DNA of 23,072 bases from Candidatus Bathyarchaeia archaeon. GTDB taxonomy: Archaea > Thermoproteota > Bathyarchaeia > Bathyarchaeales > Bathycorpusculaceae. A model generated the notes under the pieces. The model made no database searches and was not told where the DNA came from. It saw only the letters and a list, made by a program, of their open reading frames with translations. The DNA lies in assembly GCA_049515895.1 (NCBI GenBank), contig JBEKTQ010000032.1, positions 1-23,072 of the forward strand, in the 5' to 3' direction. A program made the position numbers and the translations under genes. Below, one piece after another: positions 7,854 to 17,302 of this stretch; position 1 is the stretch's first letter, and every line of letters begins with the position of its first letter.

Positions 7854-10415
7854 TCAGAATTTTACACGTTTGTAAAAGACTCTTTTTACAACTTCACCTG
7901 AGACTAAATATAGAACTACGATTGCGGCCATTGCAATTACGACCGAAAGAGGGACTGACGCAAATCCGAAAAGCCTTCCAAGTAAAGTAAAAGGCAAAAT
8001 AACTGTGGCACCAACAATCAACAAGGTAGTTATTAGAAGGTATTTTCCGGGGACACTTTTAAAGAAAGGTCCTCTGCTTCGAATAACGAGTACAATTAGA
8101 CTTGCAGAAATAACCGATTCTATGAACCAGCCGGTTCTAAAAAAGGTGCTAAAGGGGATCGTCGGGCTTTTAAAAACAAAAATTAGTACTCCGAAGGCGA
8201 GATAGTCAAAGGCCGAACTTAGGATACCGAAAACTATCATAAAATTGCGAATGAAACCAACGTTCCAGCGTCGTGGATGTTCAACCATCTCGCTATCCAC
8301 ATTGTCTGTGCCTATGGTTGTCTCTGGTAAATCTGTCATTAGATTGGTAAGTAAAATCTGCCCAGGTAGTAGAGGCAGAAAAGACAGAAAGAGGGATGCG
8401 CCTGCCATGCTGAACATGTTTCCGAAATTTGCGCTTGTTGCCATGAACACGTACTTTAGAGTGTTGGCAAAGGTTTTTCTTCCCTCTTTCACTCCATTGG
8501 CGAGAACACCTAGATCCTTTTCTAGCAAGACGATATCGGCGGCTTCTTTGGCAACATCTACTGCGCTTTCGACCGATAGACCAACATCTGCTGCATGAAG
8601 GGCGGAGGCGTCGTTGATTCCATCGCCCATGTACCCCACCACATTCCCAGCTTTTTTAAGCGCGAGAATAATCCGTTCCTTCTGGTTTGGTTCAACTTCT
8701 GCGAAAACGTCAACCTCATTCACCTGTTTAAGCAATGCTTCATCACTGAGCGCGCGAAGATCTGAACCCGCGAGTATTTTTGGAGTTTGGAACCCAATCT
8801 GCTGACTGACGCTGGCTGCTACTAGTCGGTTGTCTCCTGTTACAATCTTTAACGAAATCCCAAGGTGCTTTAGATCGCTAATCGTTTCGGCGATTTTAGG
8901 TTTGCTGGGATCAAAGAGAACCAGAAATCCCAGGAAAGTCATTCCGACTTCGCTATCTTTAGTGATGATTTTTTCAGATCCGATGTCTTTGTAGGCTATT
9001 CCTAGAACGCGAAAACCTTTGCTACTGAACTCTTCAAAGCGTTGCTGGATCTGCTGTTGTACCCCGCTGATTTGCACAGTGGTCCCTTCGGAAGTTTCAA
9101 CTGTTGCGCAGACATCAAGTACGTTTTGCAATGCTCCTTTGGTCACCATCAGATTCTTATTGTCCTTGGATACCAGGACGCTTAGGCGTTTACGGACAAA
9201 ATCGTACGGCACCTCGTCCAGTTTTTGGTAACCTGACAAATCATCAAGTTTATTTGCTCGAATCGCTTCATCGATCGGGTTCGTGAATCCTGTCTGGTAA
9301 GAAGCGTTGAGGTAAGCGTAAAGCAGGGCTTTTCCGCTTTGGTTACCGTTAAAATCAACGACAGACTGTATTTTTATGACACCTTCGGTGAGGGTACCTG
9401 TTTTGTCAGAGCACAAAACGTTCATGCTGCCGAAGTTCTCAATTGATGCGAGCCGTTTAACAATCACTTTTTGGGTTGCCATTATTTTGGCTCCCTGAGC
9501 GAGGTTAATGCTGATGATTGCAGGCAGTAATTGTGGGGTTAACCCAACAGCGAGCGCCAAAGAGAAAAGGAGAGATTCCAATACTGAACGCGCGAAATAC
9601 ACATTTATGGCAAAGGTGATGACTACCAGCACCATTGTTACTTCCATAAGTAGATACCCGAAATGCCGGACTCCATGCTCAAACTCTGTTTCAGGAGGCC
9701 TAAGTTTTAGCCGCACTGAGACTTTGCCGAACTCCGTTTTTGAACCTGTTTCCACGACTACAGCCTGTGCACTGCCGCTTACCACGTTAGTTCCCATGAA
9801 AATACTGTTTGTCCGTTGACTAAGCGGTGTCCCTGGGGGAAGAACCCCAGCAGTTTTCTCTGCCGGATACGTTTCTCCCGTTAAAGATGCTTCGTTTACG
9901 AAGAGATCTTTTGATTCTAGAACTATGGAATCCCCAGGGACCAGGTCTCCAGCGTTGAGGATGATGACATCTCCTGGCACAATTGTTTCAACTGGAATGT
10001 CCTTTTGATTTCCGTCTCGAAGTACGGTCGCTTTAGTCTGCACTATCGCAAGTAGCTTTTGGACGGCATTGGCTGCTCCTCTTTCTTGCCAGAATCCAAG
10101 AAGGCTGCTTATTAAAATTATCGTTACGATAATTATTGCATTCGTAGGCAGACTACCAGACGATACATCGAGGTAGAATGACAATCCGCCTGCAAAGATG
10201 AGGAGAATGATAAGTGGACTCTTGAACTGAGCTAACAGGAGCGCAAGCGAGTCTGATCTTTTCTTGGGCGTTAGCAGATTGGAGCCGTATTTCGCGAGTC
10301 TATTTTCAGCTTCATCGCCAGTCAATCCTTTCGATGTCGTCTGTAATTGTTGAAGAACCTCAGATGTGGGGATACTCCAGAATGACTGATTGTCTTGGAT
10401 ATTTTGATTATTCAA
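7854..10415 (-). CDS. mgtA: Magnesium-translocating P-type ATPase (P3B)
   Basis: TGET, AVGLTPQLLP, DKTGTLT, TGDN, GDGIND, SANFGNMFS and FRTGWFIES motifs; 853 aa. Confidence 0.92.
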   Translation of the reverse strand: MNNQNIQDNQSFWSIPTSEVLQQLQTTSKGLTGDEAENRLAKYGSNLLTPKKRSDSLALLLAQFKSPLIILLIFAGGLSFYLDVSSGSLPTNAIIIVTIILISSLLGFWQERGAANAVQKLLAIVQTKATVLRDGNQKDIPVETIVPGDVIILNAGDLVPGDSIVLESKDLFVNEASLTGETYPAEKTAGVLPPGTPLSQRTNSIFMGTNVVSGSAQAVVVETGSKTEFGKVSVRLKLRPPETEFEHGVRHFGYLLMEVTMVLVVITFAINVYFARSVLESLLFSLALAVGLTPQLLPAIISINLAQGAKIMATQKVIVKRLASIENFGSMNVLCSDKTGTLTEGVIKIQSVVDFNGNQSGKALLYAYLNASYQTGFTNPIDEAIRANKLDDLSGYQKLDEVPYDFVRKRLSVLVSKDNKNLMVTKGALQNVLDVCATVETSEGTTVQISGVQQQIQQRFEEFSSKGFRVLGIAYKDIGSEKIITKDSEVGMTFLGFLVLFDPSKPKIAETISDLKHLGISLKIVTGDNRLVAASVSQQIGFQTPKILAGSDLRALSDEALLKQVNEVDVFAEVEPNQKERIILALKKAGNVVGYMGDGINDASALHAADVGLSVESAVDVAKEAADIVLLEKDLGVLANGVKEGRKTFANTLKYVFMATSANFGNMFSMAGASLFLSFLPLLPGQILLTNLMTDLPETTIGTDNVDSEMVEHPRRWNVGFIRNFMIVFGILSSAFDYLAFGVLIFVFKSPTIPFSTFFRTGWFIESVISASLIVLVIRSRGPFFKSVPGKYLLITTLLIVGATVILPFTLLGRLFGFASVPLSVVIAMAAIVVLYLVSGEVVKRVFYKRVKF

Positions 10416-10727
10416 AGAAAGCGCCCGGCAATAGACTGGATATGCTTAAAATGACTAATCGAAGACATATCTATAAACAGTTTTACTGATGCTTAAGTTT
10501 AAAGTGGGAGAAGATTGATTTGCAGAATAACAAACAGTATAACTTTTCCTCTGCAAAATAAAATTCGTAAGCGCAAGCCAAAAGTCATTATGCAACGATA
10601 GCGCACGTATGTTTTACAAGATTGTGAAAAATGTTATTTATTCCCATCTTAATACGCTAGTGCTAAAAAAATTGGGACGCAGCTTTTGGTGCTGCTTGTG
10701 GAATTTTTGGTTGCTGTTTGGCTAACG

Positions 10728-10886
10728 TTATAGTCTGCGTCCTGATGCCAATCGAACAATTATTATGATGATTGCTATGACAAGCAGTACCCATATGATA
10801 GTGCCGAGGTTGAAGAAGACAAAGCCAAGGAGCCACAGTACGATAAGTATTACAGCGACTACGAAAAGTAAATCAAGTAATCCCAT
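10728..10886 (-). CDS. lmo0937/DUF5670-family small membrane protein, 52 aa (second paralog)
   Basis: Not in ORF track. MGLLDLLFVVAVILIVLWLLGFVFFNLGTIIWVLLVIAIIIIIVRLASGRRL. SD GAGGT. Confidence 0.87.
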   Translation of the reverse strand: MGLLDLLFVVAVILIVLWLLGFVFFNLGTIIWVLLVIAIIIIIVRLASGRRL

Positions 10887-10931
10887 TTTCAGATACCTCA
10901 CTTACTCTGACTTAGGCCTTTTATTTTAAGA

Positions 10932-10942
10932 TGTGTGACTGT
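10932..10942 (-). promoter_or_regulatory. Conserved upstream box, 3' half (lmo0937-like gene 2)
   Basis: Minus strand ACAGTCACACA is identical to 832-842, is followed by TCTTAAAA, and ends 46 nt before the ATG at 10886. Confidence 0.55.
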
Positions 10943-11125
10943 AGGCAACTTCTACAACTTTATCCATCGTTCTATTTCGTCTTTTTAGAGGCGAATATAT
11001 CTTTTTTGAATCGATTTCAGGTTATTTTATTTTAAAGTTTTAGGCTCTTGGAGAAGTATTTGGAGGTTGACGCGTGCTTTTTTGAGATGCGCCTTTAAAT
11101 AGCTTGAAAAGCGATTAGAGATAGG

Positions 11126-11375
11126 TTGAACGAGGGAAAAGCAATTACCGCAGACTATCTTTTCGTAGTCAGACACGGAGAAACCGCAGCCAACGAAAGA
11201 GGAATAGAGGCAGGTCCATTGGATTCCCCTGACTAAGAAGGGCGTGTAAGGAGCTTTATTCATTGCCAAGACGCTCTCAAAAGTAAAGATAAGTTCTGTT
11301 TACAGCAGTCCAGTTTTTCGTGCTCAAGAAATTGCAAAAATAACCAATTCGGCAGAAATCGTTATTTATCAGTAA
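11126..11375 (+). pseudogene. Histidine phosphatase (phosphoglycerate mutase family) pseudogene fragment
   Basis: YLFVVRHGETAANERGIEAGPLD, then a frameshift near 11225-11231, then LTKKGV*GALFIAKTLSKVKISSVYSSPVFRAQEIAKI. In-frame TAA at 11247; C-terminal half absent. Confidence 0.85.
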
Positions 11376-11734
11376 TTATTTCCTACCAACTTCTTAATGT
11401 CAAGTGAATTGGGTTCTCCTATCTTTTATGAGGATTTAAACTAATTTTATAAACAAGTAATTTTTGTGGGTAAACGTGAATGTAAACCTAACATCCCCGC
11501 GCTTTGCTCCTTTTGCGAAATAGGGGTTAATTAATTCCTGTCTCTTTAAATAATTCTTATATTCGCTAAAAAAGCTATCATGACGCTGATGGCTGTTGAA
11601 ATTAAGAGGAAAAACGTTCGTTAGAATTTTTCAAATGGTTTTAAGAAAAGAATCCACATACTCGCAAGTTAGATGGCGAGTTCACAAATTTCGAGTTTTG
11701 GCAGTAATCTAATAAGTGCAGTCAAACACTTTAT

Positions 11735-13174
11735 TTGGGAGACAAGAAATTGAAAGTCCTCTTTATTGAGCCCCCAAAGGACATTTGGTTTGTCATGGGA
11801 GAATATCTTCCGCCTCCCTACGGTATAATCCAGCTTGCCGCCTACCTCGAAAAACACGTCCCAGATGCAAAGTTGGAAATTCTTGATTGCAATGCGGAAA
11901 AAGTGGATTGGAAAAAGATGGAGGAGCGAATTGCATCGTCTAATCCTGATATTGTAGCGTCAAGTTCGCTAGCGACCTGCAACACTTATGCAGTTGTGAA
12001 GACCCTTGAAACCGCTAAACGAACGGTACCTGAGGCGCTAACCGTGACGGGTGGACAGCATTTCACAGCAACTGCCCAGACGAGCCTTGAGAAGTACCCC
12101 GAAATAGACGCTATTATTCAAGGGGAAGGAGAACAGACTCTCACTGAGCTGGTCGAATCCGCGGGTGACCGCACGGCTTTCCCTAAAATCCGAGGCTTAT
12201 CCTTCCGACACAACGGAAAAGTCGTTCATAACTCATCTCGACCCTTGATTGAGGACCTTGAGGATTTGCCTTTTCCCGGCTATCATCTGGTCAAAGAGAA
12301 CATGCCGAAATACCATTTTTCGGTTATGGCAGGCGAAAAAACTCCCTATGCCCTAATCGAGGGCGCTCGAGGTTGTCAACATGAATGTACTTTCTGCACG
12401 CAATGGCGACATTGGATTGGACGCTGGAGGGTAAAGTCAGCTAAGAGAATCGCTGACGAAATGGCGTATTGTCACAGAGAGTTCGGCAGTGAATTCATCT
12501 GGTTAACAGATGATAACTTTGGTGCGGGAGCACGACCTGCAGAGATCGCCGAAGAAATCATAGCCCGAAAAATGCCTGATGACGTCACGTGGTTTGTGCA
12601 GGCAAGATGCGATGACATAATCCGAAACCAAGACTTCTTGCCAAGACTCCACAAATCTGGGTTGAACTGGGTTCTGCTCGGAGTAGAAAATTCCAGTCCT
12701 GCGACACTGGAGCAGTTCAAAAAGGGAATCACACCACAGGAAGCAAAAAAGGCTGTTAAGCTGCTAAAAGAAAACGGCATTTTTGCGCACGCCATGATTA
12801 TCATCGGCAACAGAAAGGATACTCATCAAACTATCGCCGATTTGAAAGAATTCGCAAACGAATTAGATCCCGACTTTGTAATGTTCGGCATCCTAACACC
12901 TTTTCCAGAGACAGAAGTTTACAAAGAAGCTGAAAAGAACAGTTGGATTACGGATAGAAACTGGCTTCATTACGACATGGTGCACGCCATCATGCCTACA
13001 GAGACGCTTTCTGTAAAGGAAGTTCAGGAAGAACTGTACGGTTGCTACCGAGACTTCTACGGCTCATGGAGCAGACGATTCGGTGGTCTTTTCTCCAGCA
13101 ACCAGATGAAAAGGAAAGTTTTCTGGCACATGGCGCGAAGCGGAGTGCTCGAACAAATTAAATCCTTGTTCTAG
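11735..13174 (+). CDS. Cobalamin-binding (class B) radical SAM protein
   Basis: N-terminal B12-binding domain (PPYGIIQLAAYL, GGQHFT, QGEGE), RGCQHECTFC, DDNF, GVEN and TPFP. The start may be TTG at 11750. Confidence 0.92.
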   Translation: MGDKKLKVLFIEPPKDIWFVMGEYLPPPYGIIQLAAYLEKHVPDAKLEILDCNAEKVDWKKMEERIASSNPDIVASSSLATCNTYAVVKTLETAKRTVPEALTVTGGQHFTATAQTSLEKYPEIDAIIQGEGEQTLTELVESAGDRTAFPKIRGLSFRHNGKVVHNSSRPLIEDLEDLPFPGYHLVKENMPKYHFSVMAGEKTPYALIEGARGCQHECTFCTQWRHWIGRWRVKSAKRIADEMAYCHREFGSEFIWLTDDNFGAGARPAEIAEEIIARKMPDDVTWFVQARCDDIIRNQDFLPRLHKSGLNWVLLGVENSSPATLEQFKKGITPQEAKKAVKLLKENGIFAHAMIIIGNRKDTHQTIADLKEFANELDPDFVMFGILTPFPETEVYKEAEKNSWITDRNWLHYDMVHAIMPTETLSVKEVQEELYGCYRDFYGSWSRRFGGLFSSNQMKRKVFWHMARSGVLEQIKSLF

Positions 13175-13183
13175 GCGAAAAAA

Positions 13184-13885
13184 TTGCGAGAAACCTTTCG
13201 AATAAACTCCTTTTTGTGGTTTGCAGCGGTCGTATCTATATTCGGACTTGCTACTGTCACTGTGCTTCTAATGAAGCCAACTGGGTACGACGGCGGCAAT
13301 TTCGCTTTTACGCCGACCATCATCGGTCTATTATACACAGCAACTTGTGTGTTCGGAGTCTTTGCTGTTTTCTTTCCTCAAAAATGCCAACGGACACTAA
13401 TCTTTGGAAAATACGTTCAATCGCCAGGTGATCAAACATTCGCTCCAGGAAAGTTGCAGTTCACAGGACACCATCCGGATTGCTCAAGGTTTTCCGCTAA
13501 CCGAATAAAAATCCGAAATAAAGTTCTGTGTTCGGCGTGTAGCGGATTGTTGATTGGAGCAATGATTGCCATAGCGGGGGCGGTGTCTTATTTTTTCTTC
13601 AGATTTGATTTCTTGTGGTCAGACTTGAGAATACTCGTAGTAAGCGATGCTGGGCTATTTCTGGGTCTATTCCAGTTTAGATTCGCGGGCTGGATCAAGT
13701 TATCGGTGAACGCTCTCTTCGTAGTTTGTTCTCTTGTGACTTTAGTTGAGGCAGACCTGCTCAGCAAGAGCCTGTTTATTGATCTGTATGTTTTGGGGTT
13801 AATCGTCTTTATGCTTTCTGCAAGGATACTCCTCTCTGAGTGGAATAACAAAAGAACCTGCAACAAATGCCTGCGATGCGTTTAA
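13184..13885 (+). CDS. Multi-TM membrane protein with His/Cys motifs (DUF2085-like)
   Basis: About 6 TM helices, GHHPDC...CSACSG and a C-terminal CNKC. Starts 9 nt after the radical SAM stop. Confidence 0.75.
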   Translation: MRETFRINSFLWFAAVVSIFGLATVTVLLMKPTGYDGGNFAFTPTIIGLLYTATCVFGVFAVFFPQKCQRTLIFGKYVQSPGDQTFAPGKLQFTGHHPDCSRFSANRIKIRNKVLCSACSGLLIGAMIAIAGAVSYFFFRFDFLWSDLRILVVSDAGLFLGLFQFRFAGWIKLSVNALFVVCSLVTLVEADLLSKSLFIDLYVLGLIVFMLSARILLSEWNNKRTCNKCLRCV

Positions 13886-14217
13886 GGTCGTGTGGAGTAT
13901 CTTCGGCGTCCGAACAGAGCACCCAGTATCACCAGAACACCGACGATTACTAATATCAGCGGCCAAAAATTCAATGTTACACCATATGTTACCCGAAGGA
14001 ATACGCCGATGCCTAAGAGGATGATTATGATGCCAACGACTAAGCTGACAATCATGCCGCCGTTTGGGAGACCGAAGCATTCACCTTCAACTCGTCTGTA
14101 ATGTTCTCTCTCGCTCCCAGGATACTGCTGACCGACGGTGTAGAGGGGTGCACCGCAGTGGGAACATATAGTTGCATTATCAGAGTTTTGAGTGCCACAT
14201 TTGCTGCAATAAACCAT
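13882..14217 (-). CDS. Zinc-ribbon-domain membrane protein
   Basis: CSKCG...CSHCG, ECFGLP, and two TM helices with FWPLIL. Its stop overlaps the convergent gene's stop at TTAA. Confidence 0.88.
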   Translation of the reverse strand: MVYCSKCGTQNSDNATICSHCGAPLYTVGQQYPGSEREHYRRVEGECFGLPNGGMIVSLVVGIIIILLGIGVFLRVTYGVTLNFWPLILVIVGVLVILGALFGRRRYSTRP

Positions 14218-14470
14218 TCAACACTCACGACATTATGTTAAACAAATTTAGTTTTAAGATTTGTGGTCAGCGCAAGGCACCCAAACATTAATGGTTTGTG
14301 ACGTTTACGAACAAAAAGCAGTTTCCCAAAACCCGTCTTCTTTAGGTTGCAAGCTCTAATCTTGTATTCCCCAACTCCCACGAGGTTCATGGCATAGCTG
14401 CAAAAGGCATCTAATTCCAACCCTCTCCACAGCCAAGCTCTGACATAAAATAGTGAGCAACATGAAACGT

Positions 14471-15475
14471 TTAATTCATGTTGCCGACTCGCGTTTTTTC
14501 AACTTGAGCCTTGTCAGGGACTGCAACTGTTAGGGAGTTGTTGAGGGTTTCTCTGCCAAAGTTTACTTTGACTTCCGCCGTTTCAGCGTCAGAATAGTAT
14601 GCCGTGAGCTTGGCTGCCCATTCGACCGCTTTGGTAGATTTTGGCCCTTGTAAAATAGTGGTTGGACCCACAATGTCAGGTAACTCAAAATAGAAATCGT
14701 TTGGCGCTCTCCATTGCGTCAAGAACTTGTTTTCAGCCTCGTTTCTCCCGACGACAATCTTGTTTTTGCCAAGCCGGAAATGCCTGCCAACCCTCAGCAG
14801 CGCAATGTCACTCAATGAAATGCGTTTCTTGCTGTCAAGGAGGTCTCTTAGCTTCTTTGAGTATTCTTCGCATGTTAGGAGGCAGCCGCCTGCAGGAGAT
14901 GGATAATAGGTAATTCCATATTCTTTTGCAAGTTGAAACTGAGGCTTCCTAGACCTACCCTGTATGCTCAGCAGTTTTGCTCGGCTAACTAAACCCTTTT
15001 TTTCAGCCGCCGTTTCAGGCAACAATTTTGCAGACAGCGGACGCAAGAGTTTGCCTTTCAGCCCAGCGTCTTGCTCAATAATTCGCAGAGCTGGATAATG
15101 CTGAGACTTGGGTCTTTCACCTAAAACTTCACCGGTGAAGATGAAGCTTGCGCCGATTTCCCCCGCGTATTTTTTGGCTTTTCGGATCATGAATATTTTG
15201 CAGTCGATGCAGGGGTTCATGTTTTTTCCGTAGCCGTACTTTGGGTTGCGAAGCATCCGCAAATAATCCTTGTCGACGCATAACACTTTTAGGGGAACCT
15301 TAAGTTGATCTGCAGCTTGCTGCGCCTCGCTCGAACCATCCTTCTTTGGAACACAAAAGGGAGTCTTAACGTTGAAAGCTACCACCTCGATGCCTTGCCT
15401 GCGGACAAGCTCCACAGCAAGAATGCTGTCTAAGCCACCTGAAAGCAAACCCAAAGCCTTAACGCGCGAAGTCAT
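14471..15475 (-). CDS. ThiI/MnmA-like PP-loop tRNA sulfurtransferase with C-terminal NFACT-R-like RNA-binding domain
   Basis: SGGLDS PP-loop, NPCIDCK, TGEVLGERPKSQ, LRPL, PAGGCLLT and GRHFR...VGRNEAEN. Confidence 0.85.
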   Translation of the reverse strand: MTSRVKALGLLSGGLDSILAVELVRRQGIEVVAFNVKTPFCVPKKDGSSEAQQAADQLKVPLKVLCVDKDYLRMLRNPKYGYGKNMNPCIDCKIFMIRKAKKYAGEIGASFIFTGEVLGERPKSQHYPALRIIEQDAGLKGKLLRPLSAKLLPETAAEKKGLVSRAKLLSIQGRSRKPQFQLAKEYGITYYPSPAGGCLLTCEEYSKKLRDLLDSKKRISLSDIALLRVGRHFRLGKNKIVVGRNEAENKFLTQWRAPNDFYFELPDIVGPTTILQGPKSTKAVEWAAKLTAYYSDAETAEVKVNFGRETLNNSLTVAVPDKAQVEKTRVGNMN

Positions 15476-15667
15476 TCGACAAAACCATTCTTCACGTTAA
15501 ATAATAATCTAGCGATGCGCAAGACACGAAAACCCCAGCAAAAAGCATCCGACCGAAAAATTGGAAAGCTCGCCTCTGCTCTGAGCCATTAATGGTTATT
15601 TTTATCCAGTTTAGAACCGTTAGTTCTTCTTTCTCGTTGGCTTTGGGGAGATTTCGGGAGATTTTTA

Positions 15668-15960
15668 GACGCAACCTGCATGCGATCCAAGCTCCAAACA
15701 CAAAAAGCAACTGAAAGAGCAGAGTTTCTGGGTCAAAAAACATCAGCTAATGCTTCTGGAGGCTTCGTGCGTTTGCGATCTTTCGAGATTTTTTTTTAAT
15801 CATCCTATTTTGACGGTGGTGGCCGCCTATTGACTTTTGTTGACTTTTGTTGACGTTAGTAGACTTTTGTTGACGTTAGTTGACTTTAGTTGACTTTGGT
15901 TGACGATAGTTGACGCAACCTGCAGCCAATCTAAGCCCCAAACCAAGAAAGCAACCCAAA
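15668..15960. repeat. Degenerate 49-bp direct repeat (15668-15716 and 15912-15960)
   Basis: Both copies start GACGCAACCTGCA; 39 of 49 identical ungapped; 244-nt spacing. Confidence 0.75.
15811..15914. repeat. Tandem 10-bp repeat array, consensus TGAC(T/G)TT(T/A)GT
   Basis: Eight clear units at 15831-15910 plus a partial ninth, an in-phase unit at 15811-15820 and one decayed unit between. The GTTGAC junction core is conserved and the 4-nt spacer varies. Confidence 0.95.
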
Positions 15961-16146
15961 ACACAAACAACAAAATCGCTGGAAATTCCAAACGCAAGCA
16001 AAATAGCTCACAAACACATCAGCGGGCAAAGACGCCGAACTGGGTAATTTTGCCAAGCCAGCAATCCCTTATTTTTTTCAGGCCGTCGTAGTCGCCATTT
16101 TTTCAGAATAATTTAAAAACCCATAAGGAGATAGAACATTTGGTTT

Positions 16147-17280
16147 GTGTCAAGCAATCGAGGACTGGCTTTGGAAATCAGTATCTTCATTCCAGTTTAC
16201 AAGGAATCAGATCAAATATCAGGCGTGATAAAGGAGCTTGTCTCTCAAAACGTAAGCAAAGAAATCTTCGTAACCGTTGATGAACCAACCGCCGAGTTTT
16301 CCGAAAGAATAAAACAGTTCCAGAGCGAGGAAATCAAATTGTTTGTCAACGAGGAACGAAGGGGAAAAGCAAACGCGTTGAACGAAGCGGCCAAGTTAGC
16401 TTCGGGAAAAGTGCTTCTTTTCTTAGACTCTGACGTCCAAGTAAGCAGTGACCCTGACTTCTTGAAGAAAATCATCATGGAAATGCAAATGACCGATGTG
16501 CTTGACATCAAAAAGGAAGTGTCAAAGGACAAATCATTCCTGTCAAGAATGGCTTACTACGAGTACTTCACATTCAACGTCAGCGCTTGGCTATCCTCAA
16601 GATACATGAACAAGTGCCCCTGCGTAAACGGCGCTGCCTTCGCGATTAAGAAGGAAACATTCGAGAAAGTGGGCGGGTTCCACAAAGTTGTTGCTGAAGA
16701 CATTGATCTTGCAACCCGAGTTTTCCTGCAAGACGGCAGCTTCGCCTATACGGCAGACGTAGAAGTCAAGAACATCGTTTACAGTGACTGGAACAGGTGG
16801 TTTAAGCAACGACGAAGATGGGCAATAGGCCAGGGACTATGGACAATTGACTGGTACCGCGATTTGATAAAGAAATTCGTTAAGAAACCCCAGGTTTTTC
16901 TACCCAGCCTTTTCTTCCTATACCCAACCATCGCCATTTTCCTGGTCAGTGCATTGATGCCAAGCGGCTGGATGTACAATTCCCTGCTGGTCTTTTCGCT
17001 TTTTCTATCGTTCAAATTTAACATCATGCTACCGATTTTCCTTGTTTCCCTCGCAACAGCAAACTTGCTGAAAATCTTGATTATCATGTTGTCAGGATTC
17101 GCCTTAACAGCCGTAACGTTCTACGGCTTATCAAGAAAAATCGGGTTCAACGAAATGAAACTACATGAATTGTTCGTCTACTACTTTTTCTATTCTAACC
17201 TTTGGATAGCGATCCAGGTTATCGGTTTCTTTCAAGTGATTGCTTTGCACAAAAAGTCTGGACCAGGCTGGAAAACGTAA
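16147..17280 (+). CDS. GT2 family membrane glycosyltransferase (processive, cellulose/PNAG-synthase-like)
   Basis: IPVYKE, GKANALN, DSD, AED and QRRRW motifs; C-terminal TM helices. The start may be TTG at 16171. Confidence 0.92.
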   Translation: MSSNRGLALEISIFIPVYKESDQISGVIKELVSQNVSKEIFVTVDEPTAEFSERIKQFQSEEIKLFVNEERRGKANALNEAAKLASGKVLLFLDSDVQVSSDPDFLKKIIMEMQMTDVLDIKKEVSKDKSFLSRMAYYEYFTFNVSAWLSSRYMNKCPCVNGAAFAIKKETFEKVGGFHKVVAEDIDLATRVFLQDGSFAYTADVEVKNIVYSDWNRWFKQRRRWAIGQGLWTIDWYRDLIKKFVKKPQVFLPSLFFLYPTIAIFLVSALMPSGWMYNSLLVFSLFLSFKFNIMLPIFLVSLATANLLKILIIMLSGFALTAVTFYGLSRKIGFNEMKLHELFVYYFFYSNLWIAIQVIGFFQVIALHKKSGPGWKT

Positions 17281-17302
17281 AGTTCGATCGATAATCCTCA
17301 GC

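Noticed and set aside
8005-9819. Several plus-strand ORFs inside mgtA (and similar antisense ORFs in other long genes)
   Set aside because: Antisense shadows of well-supported CDSs.
11027-11269. Minus-strand 80-aa ORF
   Set aside because: Antisense to the histidine phosphatase pseudogene; no motifs.
7020-11630. Integron attC-like cassette array (scattered TAAC/GTTA motifs, GCCGCTTAG at 7808)
   Set aside because: No complete R/L box pairs with a proper hairpin, genes are not co-oriented, and there is no integrase.
11718-11728. GCAGTCAAACA as another copy of the upstream box
   Set aside because: Lacks the 5' dyad half and lies too close to the start codon for promoter geometry.
15811-15914. 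CRISPR array
   Set aside because: 10-bp period with no unique 30-40 nt spacers and no cas genes.
15492-16091. ORFs 15492-15743(-) and 15900-16091(+)
   Set aside because: Low-complexity translations running through the repeat module; likely spurious.
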